This document shows, piece by piece, positions 29,636 to 40,740 of a stretch of 64,000 nucleotides of DNA. A model generated the notes under the pieces. The model searched no databases and was not told the DNA's origin. It saw only the letters and a list, made by a program, of their open reading frames with translations. Location of the stretch: the NCBI GenBank assembly GCA_964016885.1, contig OZ024756.1, positions 43,400,001 to 43,464,000 of the forward strand. The letters are read 5' to 3'. The position numbers and the translations under genes were made by a program. This DNA is from Eledone cirrhosa. Lineage: Eukaryota. Numbering within the stretch: position 1 is the first letter of the stretch; every line of letters begins with the position of its first letter.

Positions 29636-32592
29636 CTATCGGCATCGTTTTGTTCTAGCAGTGACACAGAGAATCAAAATGATATGCGTTCGGTCAGCAG
29701 CCAGTTGCACAACGTCCCGCCATTGTCTGTTTGTCGCTCGCAGGTCCCTCTCAACTGTCTGGCGCCAGTTCATTTTGAGTCGCCCTCTTCGTCTGCTTCC
29801 CTGTGGGTTCCATTTAAGTACTTGGTTCGCCAGTCTCTCCGGGGGAAGTCTCAAAGCGTGCCCAAACCAGCCCAGGCGTCGCTTGCAGATGGCAGAAGAG
29901 ACTAGCTGCTGGTTGGTGCGGTTCCTGACTTCCTGGTTTGTTACATGGTCACTCCATTTAATCCTCAGGATCTTTCGCAGACACCTGGAATCGAATGCGT
30001 CCAACTTCTTCTTTTGGCTGGTCTTAAGTACAAGAGTGTGGACAGCACGTTGCTGTTGTAGAATCTCATCTTTGTTTTGAGGGTGAACTTCCTGATCTTC
30101 CAGATCTTGACAAGCTGGTTAAATGCTGCTGAAGCCTTTCCCATTCTACATTGCAAATCACTGACCATGGCGCCCCCATTATCAATGGAGCTTCCTAAGT
30201 AGGTGAAGTTGTCCACTATCTCCACCTCCCCCTGTTCAATGAAAACACTAGTTGGTGATGGGTGTGTCCCAGATAACATGCTTTTGGTCTTCTTAGCACT
30301 GATATTGAGACCTAAGCTTCCTGCTTCGACATTGATATTGTTCATAATGATTTGCAGGTCAGCTGTGCTCTCTGCAAGTGCAACAATATCGTCCGCAAAG
30401 TCCAGGTCAGACAACTTTTGCTCTCCCACCCAAGATATACCCTGGTCTTTAGACGCTCTTCTTAGTATCCAGTCAATGGCTATGGCAAAGAGAATTGGAG
30501 AGAGCGAGCAACCCTGACGCACACCAGTAACCACCCCAAACCAGTCACTGTAACCATCCTCTGTCCGTATGCAGCACTTGGAGTTTGCGTAAATCTGTTT
30601 GATTGCCGAAATGACTTTCTGGGGCAGACCATACTCATGCATGATGCTCCAGAGTGACGGTCGATGAATGCTATCGAATGCTTTGGAGAAATCGATGAAG
30701 CTGACGGCGAGGGGCCTCTGGAATTCGTTGTACCTCTCAATGATGCGACGTAACGTAAAGATCTGCTCTGCACAGGAACGTTTTGGTCGGAACCCTGCCT
30801 GTTGTTCTCGCAGTTCCCGGTCTACCATGCCACGTATGCGGTTCAGGATCATCAGACAATAGACCTTCCCTGGTATGGAGAGAAGTGTCACTCCCCTCCA
30901 GTTGTCACAATCGGCAAGGTTGCCCTTCTTGGGGATACAGACAACCGCTCCGTTTCTCCAATCTTCTGGGACTTCACCCGTGTTCCACACAAGATTACAT
31001 AAGTGGCCCATCAACTTGACCATGCTTTCGCCTCCTGACTTCAGCATTTCAGCAGAAATGCCATCCATACCTGGTGACTTGTTATTCTTAAGGGTTTTGA
31101 TGGCCATGCGGACTTCCTTCTCGGTGAAGTCATCAGTATTGATAGGCAACAAACTAGTAGGTTCCTTAGTGTCTGCTGGCACACATGACTCCGGTCGGTT
31201 GAGGACTTCCTTGAAATGTTCAGCCCATCTGACTAACTTTTCTTCACCCTTGGAAAGCAGCGTACCATCTTTCGCTTTCACCGGGCCTGAGTTAGCTCTA
31301 GAGCTGCCGGTGATTTTCTTGGCAATTTGGTACACAGAGCGCATGTCATTGCGTGCCGCAGCTGCTTCCGCCTCCACTGCCTTACCCTCAAGCCACATTC
31401 GTTTGTCATTTTGGGCGCTGCGTTTCACCTCCTTGTCCTTGTCAACATACTGCTGATATACCTTGATGGCCTCTGGGGTAGTGGCATGCCTCTGCTGGTG
31501 TAGGGCTTTCCTTTCATTAATCAGCTGCCAGGTGTTGTCGCTGACCCAAGCTTCTCTGAGGGACTTCCTGTAGCCCAGGATTTCTTCCCCTGCAGCTTCC
31601 ATGGTCTTCTTCATTTCCTCCCACCAATTGACCGAGCCTGGTGCAGACTCCTCAAGGACAGCAAATCTGTTCCTCAAAGCAGCCTCGAACTGTGCTTCTG
31701 TGTCACCGTTCTTCAGCTTGGTAGTGTCGAAACGCCTTGTAGTGAGTGCTCTCTTCTTCTGCCTCCTCAGTCTGATTTTAAGTTTGGTAACAGACAGATA
31801 GTGGTCACTGCAGACATCTGCGCCCCGGTAGACTCGGACGTCCTGCAGGCAAGAAGCTCTCCAACTTGGGCCAATCGCAATGTGGTCTATTTGCGTCTTG
31901 GTCCTGTGGTCGTTCGAAGCCCATGTGACCTTGTGGATGTTCTTGTGGTCAAATAGTGACGAGCCGATTTTCATATTGTTCATGGCACAGAACTGGACAA
32001 ACCTGTCCCCGTTGTCCGTGCGGTTTCCATAAGCATGGGGGCCAAGGACATGTTCAAAGCCAACCCTGCTTCCCCCGATCTGTGCGTTCATGTCTCCCAT
32101 GATGATCAGGATGTCATGACGTGGGGTTTTGTTTACAAAATCTTGTAGTTGCTGGTAGAAAGCGTCCTTGTCATCATCGTTATGTTCGTTGGTTGGAGCA
32201 TAGCACTGAGCTATGGTGACCTTTGCATGTGATATGGTGAATATTGCTGTCATTAGGCGTTCGTTGATAGGAGTCCACTCCTCAAGGGCACCACTGGCAG
32301 CCCTGTCCATGATGATTGCAACTCCATCTCGGTGGGTCCCGTTCTGACGGCCTGAGAACAGGATGGTCTTGTTTTCATGGACAAATTTCCCAGAGTCAGT
32401 TCAGCGGATCTCGCTGAGGGCCAGGATATTAATTTTGTAGGCCTCCATTTCTCCGATAACTTGCGCAAGTTTGGATGGTTGGTACATAGTTCTTATGTTC
32501 CAATATCCAATACGTGTGGTTGTTTTTGCAGACAGAATTCTGGTCCTCAGGATGTCGGCTTCCTCATTGAAACTTTCGCCGACACCCGTCAT
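29636..32592 (-). pseudogene. RTE endonuclease/reverse transcriptase ORF, disrupted by one nonsense codon and one frameshifting deletion
   Basis: ATG at 32592 (MTGVGES...). An in-frame TGA at 32401-32403 sits where Trp is expected in SEIRW, and the same frame continues into ORF 29965-32310. Near 30030 the usual LLYG.E.W motif is cut after LLY and the frame shifts to LKTSQKKKLDAFDSRCLRKIL, ending at the stop at 29636. Confidence 0.9.
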
Positions 32593-32883
32593 ACAATCTC
32601 CGGTTAGAGACAACCGTTCTCCTCACTGCTTGGAATTTAAATCTGATGCACTATGAATTGTTTTCGTAGCAAGAGAGTTTTTCCGGGAACAGGTCGCTAG
32701 CCTGAAGCCCAACCACTGACATTTAGTAAAGAGACAGTCAGTGGAGTAGTCTCTGGTAGAACTGCAAACCGATGGCTACGGAATATGGTGTGGGTCGCCT
32801 TCAGTCCTGGACCGGTGCCGAGGGAGGATTTCCTTCTGCTTTAACGAGTACGGCCACTACCTTATATCCATGTAGGAGAACCC

Positions 32884-32965
32884 CTACCGATGCGCTGAAC
32901 GAATGTGACTTTTTAGTCCAGCCAGAGACTTGAATACTCTGGTACAAACACTACACTTGTGACAA
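32884..32965 (-). other. Single C2H2 zinc-finger-coding segment upstream of the RTE ORF
   Basis: HKCSVCTRVFKSLAGLKSHIRSAHR-stop matches C-x2-C-x3-F-x5-L-x2-H-x4-H. Confidence 0.65.
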
Positions 32966-34987
32966 TTATTGACACATGGTACCATGTGACGACAAGTGCA
33001 GAGAGATCTCCAGATACAAAGCAATGCCCGTGCCGTGAAGCTTTTATAGTGAGAAAAGGCACTGCACAAAGCCAGTCCCACTCACTTAATCAAGATGATA
33101 TTTACCAAAAAGAAGAACAAGTCAACATCATTGGATACCATCAGGGTTGCAGGTGTTATATCAGAGTTTTCCTTCTCCTAGAATTCTGCTTTGACAAAGG
33201 CTAAGGGGTCATCTCTCCCAGTGATTTTGGATGGCCATTGACTCTTAAGAGCTCCTTTGCCCTTTGTCAGGTTTTGTTTTTAGTCCTGCAGGATGTCCAA
33301 AGTCACCCTCCTCACCAAGAAACCTTGGTGGGGTTGCCAGTTTAGTCGCCAACGACCCGACCATGAGACAGGTTGTACTGGGATACATGTTACCAGTAGC
33401 ACCAACTGGTGACCAGCATATTGGCTTACCTCAAAAAGTATTAGAGGGCGGTTCCAGCACCCTTTGAGGTGTGTGACTGATTGACAAACTTAATATTGAA
33501 TTAATATTTTTTTCGATTTGATTCTATATTTTTATGTGAAATAGTTATGTAATTAAGCAGTATATCTGTTAGAACACGAAAAGTGTGAAACAACAGAATG
33601 TTCACTTTTCGTGTTCTAACATATATGCCTAGCTTCTATAAAAATTTTTCGGGGATAGCCGTGGTGGTGGTGATCGTATGTCATTGGCTAATTTTCAACC
33701 AATCAGAGTACCTCTCTCTATATCTCTTCCACTGTTACTTACGCCTGTTTCTCTCTATCTGTTCCGTCTCTATATATATCTCTTACTCTTTCGCTTTGCA
33801 CTCCTCCCCTTCAATACCATCTCTCCCCCTCTCTATATATTTGTTACTCTATCGCTGCACGCTCCTCTCCTTCAATATATCAATTACACACGCTTTACAC
33901 TCCTTTATCCCCAGCGCCCCTATATATACACCCCCCCTCTCCCGCATCTATATTTTAATGTACCGTTGCACCGTGAATATATGTGTCTATATATATATAT
34001 ACATATATATTGTATATACACATTCATGTATGTGTATACACACTCATGTATGTATATACACTGGTTTTATGTGTGTATTGTAAATTTGTACTGTTAAAAC
34101 ACGAAACTAACATTCGATTGACACTTTGATTACCTGTACAGGCAATAGTTATTAGAATGCTGTTGAAGTGTGTATATATTTTTGGGGGACATCCTGTATA
34201 TACACACATTATATATAATACAATAAACAGATAAATACACACATATATATATGAGCTTATTTAATTATAAATATTGTGAATTTTTAACTCAGTTCAATTA
34301 TATATATAAATGGCTTCTACAGGACTAGAACTGTTTCATTCGAAAGAAATCATCATAATATTGAGAGGGGGGACTAGATAAAATATTTCAAATCAAATGT
34401 GTATAAGTTATAAGTTAAAATGTATAAATAGAGACGATAGTGGAGGTATATCTGTTTAGTGGAACAGTAGACGATAGAATTAAATACAGACGAGAATCTC
34501 CCTTTAATGAAACAGCAGACGATAGAATTAAGGCAATTTAAATTTTAAGCATTTGCATTTTTGCCTTTCATCGTTACGGGGTCGATAAAATAAAGTACCA
34601 GTAATACACTTTCACTAGACGACTTTCAAATTGAATTGTTGGTTCCATTTCTTTAGTATTTTCAATTGTAGTTATCTACTTAAAAAGCGTTACACGGTTA
34701 GAGACATAATTCGTAAGTTATATCTTCCCTATTAAACCATTGCATTATTTCGCCTACAATAGAACAAAAATGAAATGTTCTTTAAAGAAACAGGAATATA
34801 ACTTTATAAAAAAAAAAGTTGCATCCGCTTCTTTTATCATTGATAATTTTTTTCGTTTTAATATTAATTGTTTTTTGTAGTTGTTTATATTAAAAATCTT
34901 ACTGTAATATTTACTTAAACGAAGGCAAACATCTAAACTTATAGATTAATCTTGAGCGAAGGACTAGATAAATCTCTCTCTCTCTCC

Positions 34988-35028
<41 letters not shown>

Positions 35029-35424
35029 AACGAAGAATGATAAAATTTCAAGCAAAGAGTTTAATTAGGTATATTTTGTAATATTATTAACTAATTATTA
35101 TAATTAACGCGCATATTTTGCTATCCTCAAACACGTTTACACATGGCATGAAATATAACTAATCCGAGATGGCTAGGTTTCATCTTCTAACTGGATATAC
35201 GAAATCCATTATGTCTTGACAACAACACGAGGTAACATTATGTTATTCACAGACACACTTTGTACACTGTTCCATATCAGAATGTATTTCCTTCGTCACA
35301 TTCACAAACAGTATTGAAAATATGTTCTTCGGCAAATAAAAATGTTTTGTTCATAATATTTCAACTAGCGATTGCTCTACTCCACGCACGACCACCATAA
35401 ATTAATGACCAGCTCAACACAAGT

Positions 35425-35590
35425 ATTGGTAGAGCGTCAGACACCATGCTTTGCAGTATTGTTATGGTCCTTTGCATTCTAAGTTCAAATCCTGCCGAGG
35501 TTAACTTCGACTTTCATACTTACTAATTCGATAAAATAAAGTACCAGTAATGGACTGCCGTAATGGATTTGTGCCGAAAAATAGAAACAC
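35425..35590 (+). mobile_element. SINE copy, diverged
   Basis: ggtagagcgtcagacaccatgc...gttcaaatcctgccgaggttaac...cgataaaataaagtaccagtaat. Further fragments lie at ~34560-34610, ~37597-37700 and ~39990-40220. Confidence 0.75.
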
Positions 35591-36145
35591 TATTAATGTG
35601 CAATAAGAGCAAAATATAACGACATTGCTCAATTATTTTATCTAATGTTGTAATAACACAAGGAAATGTTGTTTGTGTATTTTTTTTTATATTTGCTCAT
35701 AGGCTTTTACAATTTCGCTCAGCCAACAACTATTAAAAAGTGAGTTGCTTAAGATAACAATTTAATCACAAATTGTTGCTATCTTTTAATACACTCCAAC
35801 AAGTCATCAAATTATGTACAATAAAAACAAATCTTATTAATTTGCTCAGGGAATATAAAGAAAATGTATATACACTGATAATTGCAATTGTATGTAAATA
35901 TTTTGTTTTTGTATTGTATATTTTATGTTTTCTATTATGTATAATATATTGATTTAATATTGATTGTTTTTTGTAGTTGTTTATATTAAAAGTCTGAAAA
36001 TATTTTTATACATCTTACACTAATATTTATAAGATAATTTATAATAACAATTACATAATCTAATTACATTACAACGATAATTTATTATTAATATATATCC
36101 TGTTTAACTAGAGTTATTACAAGCGTTGCCTTAAAAAAATATTAA

Positions 36146-37102
36146 ACTAGACATGAAAAATGCGCAAGCTCAAAAGTGCCACAGAATGTTATAATAAACC
36201 TTCAAAAGTGTGGGACTAGAGTTGTTGCTAAAAAATATTGTAATCATTATATATCGTACATTCTGTGGCATCCTTTATAAAAATAGCTTAAACCAACGAA
36301 GCCTTTATTTTTACGCTATTTCACTTAGTTAATTCTTAGAGTGTAACATATAAAAATAAATACATCTATGTTTAATGTAATAACAGCTATAAATAATTAC
36401 GTAATATTATTATCATATACTCATAGTAACAAAATAATTGTGTTGAAACTTAATATGATGCTTATATGAACGATCAAATCTATAATGATAATTTCTTAAA
36501 TATACTAATAGTAAAATAATTTAGTTATCTATTGTTACATTTTCATAGAACTATAATATTAACAATCGTATTGCATTATCAAATTTTTATCACTACAAAC
36601 TTTCATATTGGAATTACCTTAAGCCACTTATTATTACTTCGCTTTCGTACTTTTACAGCTGTAGATATTGCGCTGTATCTTATATCTAATATCAATATCT
36701 CGTGGTAATTTGCATGAAGTGTAAAATAGGTTTATTAATAACTTTAATATGAAATGTATTATACAGGGCTGCGGAGTCGGCCAAAAATTGACTGGCTCCA
36801 ACTCAGGATCCGATACTCCATTATTTCCTAAATTTCAGCTCCGCAGCTCTGTTATTATATTAATTAATTTATTTTATAGTTGTAAATCATATTTTTATAT
36901 GTTACACTCTAAGAATTAACTAAGTGAAATAGCGTAAAAATAAAGGCTTCGTTGGTTTAAGCTATTTTTATAAAGGATGCCACAGAATGTACGATATATA
37001 ATGATTACAATATTTTTTAGCAACAACTCTAGTCCCACACTTTTGAAGGTTTATTATAACATTCTGTGGCACTTTTGAGCTTGCGCATTTTTCATGTCTA
37101 GT
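36146..37102. mobile_element. Non-autonomous foldback/MITE-like element with 213-bp terminal inverted repeats
   Basis: 36146-36358 is the reverse complement of 36890-37102, with no mismatch seen by eye. The interior is AT-rich and non-coding. The flanks atattaa/atattat are a near-match only. Confidence 0.88.
36764..36851. mobile_element. Small hAT-type MITE nested in the foldback element
   Basis: TIRs cagggctgcggag ... ctccgcagctctg, with 8-bp flanks gtattata / ttattata (7/8 identical). Confidence 0.75.
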
Positions 37103-37204
37103 ATATTATTTGTGTGTATAGTTTCATTCTGCGAAAATGCATGGAATAGTGGTTAGAACGTTGGGCTAACTTCGTTATTCTACTCTCACATTCTTTCTTC
37201 TCTC

Positions 37205-37936
37205 TGTCTCTCTCTATCGATTTCTCTCACATTCTTTCATCTCTCTGTCTCTCTCTCTATCGATTTCTCTCACATTCTTTCATCTCTCTGTTTCTCTAAT
37301 TCTCTTTTACTATCTCTTTCTCTCACATCCCCCCTCTTTCTCTCACATCCTCTCTGTCCTTCTCTATAGAATGGAGAAAGAGAGATAATTCCAAAACAAA
37401 ATGGCCAGATTGTTTTTAAATGATAACAGGAAAATAAATAATTCCATATAAATTACTGTTTCGTTTCATTTTTCTATCATATTTCCACCAATATTTGCAA
37501 TGTTATTTATACATCTGTAAATTAATATATTGTCTGTAATTTTATGTAATTTTGTAATTACAATGAATTCGTTAGTTTTATATCGAATAATAATAATTGT
37601 TTTTACTTTTGGCACAAGGTCAGCAATTATTTAAGTTTATTACTGGTACTTTATTTTATAGACGTCGTAATGATGAAAGGCAAATTTAACCTTGGCGGGA
37701 TAATAAATGATTCTTTTGCAAGCAAACCTCCTCAATACGCTATGTTTTTTAACATGACTATCGTCATTCGTTTTTTCTTTTTGTGGCTTGCCTTACTTTT
37801 ATATCAGGTGTTGCGTGTGAGGGTGCTTGGTTGCTCCAGCGCCTTAGCCACACCATCACCATATTGTCTTGCCTCAAAAAGTATTAGAGGGTAGTTCCGG
37901 CACTCCTTGAGGTTGTGACTGATTGACAAACTTAAT
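37205..37936. repeat. Local direct duplicate of the sequences at both ends of the RTE element
   Basis: 37205-37780 aligns with ~29335-29655, and 37860-37936 aligns with ~33417-33495. Confidence 0.9.
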
Positions 37937-38229
37937 GTTTGGGAGGGTCATGCTGCCAATTAAAAACACACACGCACCTGTTGGTTTTCACTTCAATTTA
38001 TTATAAATTATGAACACATAAAAACAAAGTGGTGTAGGACAGAACAAAGGAGAGACACAAAATAACAAATGTTTCACTGAAGAAGTCACAGAATGTGTGA
38101 CGAAAGAGCTTTGACAATAAACAAATAAACAACCATCTGGCTACTAAACTAACCGATTGGTAGTTTATAATAAACTGAAGTGAAAACTAACAGGTGCATT
38201 TGTTTTTATTGGCAGCATGACTCTCAAAC
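37937..38229. mobile_element. ~290-bp element with ~70-bp imperfect inverted repeats
   Basis: gtcatgctgccaattaaaaac...gcacctgttggttttcacttcaatttattataaa is mirrored by tttataataaactgaagtgaaaactaacaggtgc...tattggcagcatgac. Confidence 0.75.
38070..38120 (+). ncRNA. Hammerhead-like motif (type I, weak stem I)
   Basis: TCA-CTGAAGA-A-GTCACA-gaatg-TGTGAC-GAAA-gagc-TT-TGA followed by AATAAA. The core and a 6-bp stem II are intact; stem I has only ~3 clean pairs. Confidence 0.55.
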
Positions 38230-38513
38230 TATAACATTATATATGGATAAAGAGAGAGAGTGAGAGAGAGAATTATAGTATTATTCAATTTCCGTTAGTG
38301 TAATCAATCAATTGTAGTCGACAGTAATGGTAGTGGTGTTGTAGTTTTTGTTATCGTTGGTAGTGGTGTGGTAGTCAACAGCAGTGGTGGTGGTAGTGGT
38401 GTTGCTGTCGTTGATAGTGTGGTAGTCAACAGTAATGGTGGTGGTGGTGGTGTTGTAGATTTTCTTGTTGTTGTTACCACTGTTGTTCTTTTTGTTCCTG
38501 TATGGGTTTTATC

Positions 38514-38530
38514 TCAATTGATGCTCAACC
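38514..38530 (-). CDS. Gene 1 probable terminal coding exon (W-L-S-I-N-stop)
   Basis: Strong acceptor tgttttgcttattttccaacag|GG TTG AGC ATC AAT TGA, phase-compatible with the micro-exon. It is followed by low-complexity CAA/CAC sequence and a candidate minus-strand AATAAA at 38205-38210. Confidence 0.55.
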
Positions 38531-38617
38531 CTGTTGGAAAATAAGCAAAACAGTTGTCAGATATGTTGTCTCTACTGCCACACACTGTAATAAACAACCT
38601 TTAATTTAGTCTCTCTC

Positions 38618-38671
<54 letters not shown>

Positions 38672-38833
38672 GGAGGTGAGTTTTATTGTAGTACAATAAA
38701 GCAATGCAGATATCGGATAAGAAGCACTCTACAGTTTGTAGGACTGGAGTATACATAATATATAAGATCAAAAGATGGTTACATTGAAATGCGCATAATA
38801 AAATACATGGAACTCTTTTAACCATCTTTTTAT

Positions 38834-38894
<61 letters not shown>

Positions 38895-39143
38895 ATAATA
38901 ATAAATTTGAAGACTAAAATCCAAAGAGGGTTCGATAAGGATAAATATATATCAAATATATATATCAAATATATAAGAACCGTAGCGCAAATATATATAT
39001 ATATATGAAAGCATGGAAAAGCCGTCGTAAAAACGATGATGGTGAATTCATGGCTTTACTCAAATTCATGGTGCTAATAGTTTCATAGACTGAGCTGTTT
39101 TTACATACACACCTTCTATGAATATTTAACATGTGGAGGTTAT

Positions 39144-39291
39144 GACACTTTCCTTTGGCTGAATAGCATCTAGATGTTAAGACACCTTCACTGGGCTGAA
39201 TAAGCTCTTGATGTAAAGACACCTTCACTGGGCTAAATAAATTCTAGATGTTAAAACACCTGCCAAGGGCTGGATATCACATGGATGTTAA
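39144..39291. repeat. 37-bp minisatellite, ~4 diverged copies
   Basis: ggctgaatagcatctagatgttaagacaccttcactg-like units start at 39157, 39194, 39231 and 39268. Confidence 0.8.
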
Positions 39292-39299
39292 GTCTTCAA

Positions 39300-39440
39300 A
39301 AGAGAAGACTGCGCTGGTATGGACATCTGATATGTATAGATGATGACCATTTGGTGAAAAAGTGCCGAGAAATCCCAGTTGAAGAAAGCTGCCGTAAGGG
39401 TAGACCAAGGACAACCTAAGCAGAGGTGATGAGAGCTAAT
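39300..39440 (+). mobile_element. Decayed RTE LINE 3' fragment
   Basis: Encodes RRLRWYGHL...GRPRTT-like motifs. A similar remnant (GRGRSKETWQEVV) lies at ~26850-26915. Confidence 0.6.
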
Positions 39441-39700
39441 GACAATTGAAGAGAAAATAAAACATACGGCAAGACATGTTTTTAAGGGAACAACTTAAAA
39501 GAAGAAATTAAAACTAACAAAATTGTTTAAGACTAGTGGTTTAAATTATATTTTCTTGTTTTAATGTTCTATATCATGTGGTAAGTGGTAACTAAATAAT
39601 TGACATCAGGAAGGGCATCTGGATGTAAAACATTGTCACAAAACATCACATACAAACATGATAGATGGAAAAGTCAACATAAAAACGATAATGTACTTAC

Positions 39701-39726
39701 ATTTCCTTCTCTTCACAACAAGACTT
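39701..39726 (-). CDS. Gene 1 micro-exon (26 nt, phase 2-1): basic juxtamembrane cytoplasmic peptide
   Basis: tttttaattag|AAGTCTTGTTGTGAAGAGAAGGAAAT|gtaagt continues the frame as (R)SLVVKRRK, a positive-inside cluster after the TM segment. Confidence 0.7.
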
Positions 39727-39826
39727 CTAATTAAAAAACTGTAGTTATATTTATATTAAATTTATCTGAAATCATTACAGCTTGTTAGAGAAAAATATTT
39801 AAATCTGAAAGTTGTATATTACTAAC

Positions 39827-39941
39827 CTGTTGACTCCTTTAACTGGTAAATAACAAAGAACTAAATAAAAAAAGACAAGTACGTTAAATGCTATAACTCC
39901 AAGGTTGATACCAGCAGTAGTTCCACGACTTGATTCACCAG
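39827..39941 (-). CDS. Gene 1 exon: transmembrane segment, 115 nt, phase 1-2
   Basis: Acceptor ttttctatcttgatag|CT and donor AAC AG|gttagt. In frame with the Ig exon: (T)GESSRGTTAGINLGVIAFNVLVFFYLVLCYLPVKGVN, with a hydrophobic stretch of ~22 aa. Confidence 0.8.
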
Positions 39942-40399
39942 CTATCAAGATAGAAAACAGGAGCAATATGTTTGTTTCTAATATAGCCACATGATTTCAA
40001 ATTTGGTGGGAGGGTTATAGTTGATTATATGAACCCCAGTATTTCACTGGTACTTTATTTTATCAATCCCAGAAAGGTGAAAAACCAAGTTGTCCTCAAC
40101 AGGATTTAAAGTCAGAAAGTATAGAACATTTTAAATAATTTTTTATACAAGGCCAACAATATAGAGGAAGAGGAGAGTCTATTTTCAACCCCAATATTTA
40201 ACTGGTACTTTATTTTATTAATCACAGCTTTGACACTACGGACATCTCATCAGAATGTCTCAAGAACTAATCACCGGACTGATTTTATGGGGGCAAAACT
40301 AAACGGCAAGAGACCCAAGTGTAGACACCTAGCAAGATGTTTGGATAACATCCATGAGCTTAGCTGGTCTCACTTGGAGATCCAGCCAAATCAGTTGGA

Positions 40400-40740
40400 G
40401 ATACAGTGTGTGCTGGGTATTTTTGTTACGACACCTACATGACCAATTTACAGTGTGGATTGGGTACTTTTGGTCGTTGCTCCTACACGACCACTTTACA
40501 GTGTGTGCTGGAAGCTTTTTGTTGTGACACTTACATTACCACTTTACAGTGTAAGCTGAGAGCTTTTGTTGGGACACCTACATGACCACTTTACAGTGTA
40601 AGCTGAGAGCTTTTGTTGGGACACCTACATGACCACTTTACAGTGTGGGCTGGGTGCCTTTTACTAGGCACCAAAACACTCAACTGCCAGTTTGGACTGG
40701 GCGCATTTCGTTGTGACACCTATATGACAACTTTACACCA
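40400..40740. repeat. ~47-bp minisatellite, 6-7 copies, in the Ig-TM intron of gene 1
   Basis: ttttgttgggacacctacatgaccactttacagtgtaagctgagagc occurs at 40564 and again from 40611, with diverged neighbours. Confidence 0.85.

Larger units (their letters stand above)
29625..33495 (-). mobile_element. Near-full-length RTE-clade non-LTR retrotransposon (LINE); ends approximate
   Basis: GC-richer block with one long APE-endonuclease + RT ORF and a ~0.9-kb 5' region. Motifs: IGYWNIRTM, GDMNAQIG, IDHI, SDHY, QAGFRPKRSC, FIDFSKAFDS, GVRQGCSLSP, LDFADD, FTYLGS, RRLGWFGH. Confidence 0.93.

Noticed and set aside
29588-32656. Plus-strand ORFs overlapping the LINE (e.g. 30875-31456)
   Set aside because: Antisense shadows of the RT ORF with no recognisable motifs.
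34160-34200. Tc1/mariner-like terminal repeat (…gggggacatcctgta-TA)
   Set aside because: Only one end is visible, with no partner TIR or transposase, so it is too weak to annotate.
33598-34242. Hydrophobic ORFs rich in Y/I/S/L, also at 25301-25544, 38601-38968 and 40924-41206
   Set aside because: Translations of CT-, TA- and GAA-rich low-complexity sequence.
34328-34356. Third hammerhead-like motif on the minus strand (ATGATGA...GAAAC)
   Set aside because: The core C3 is missing and the stems are poor, so it is at most a dead remnant.
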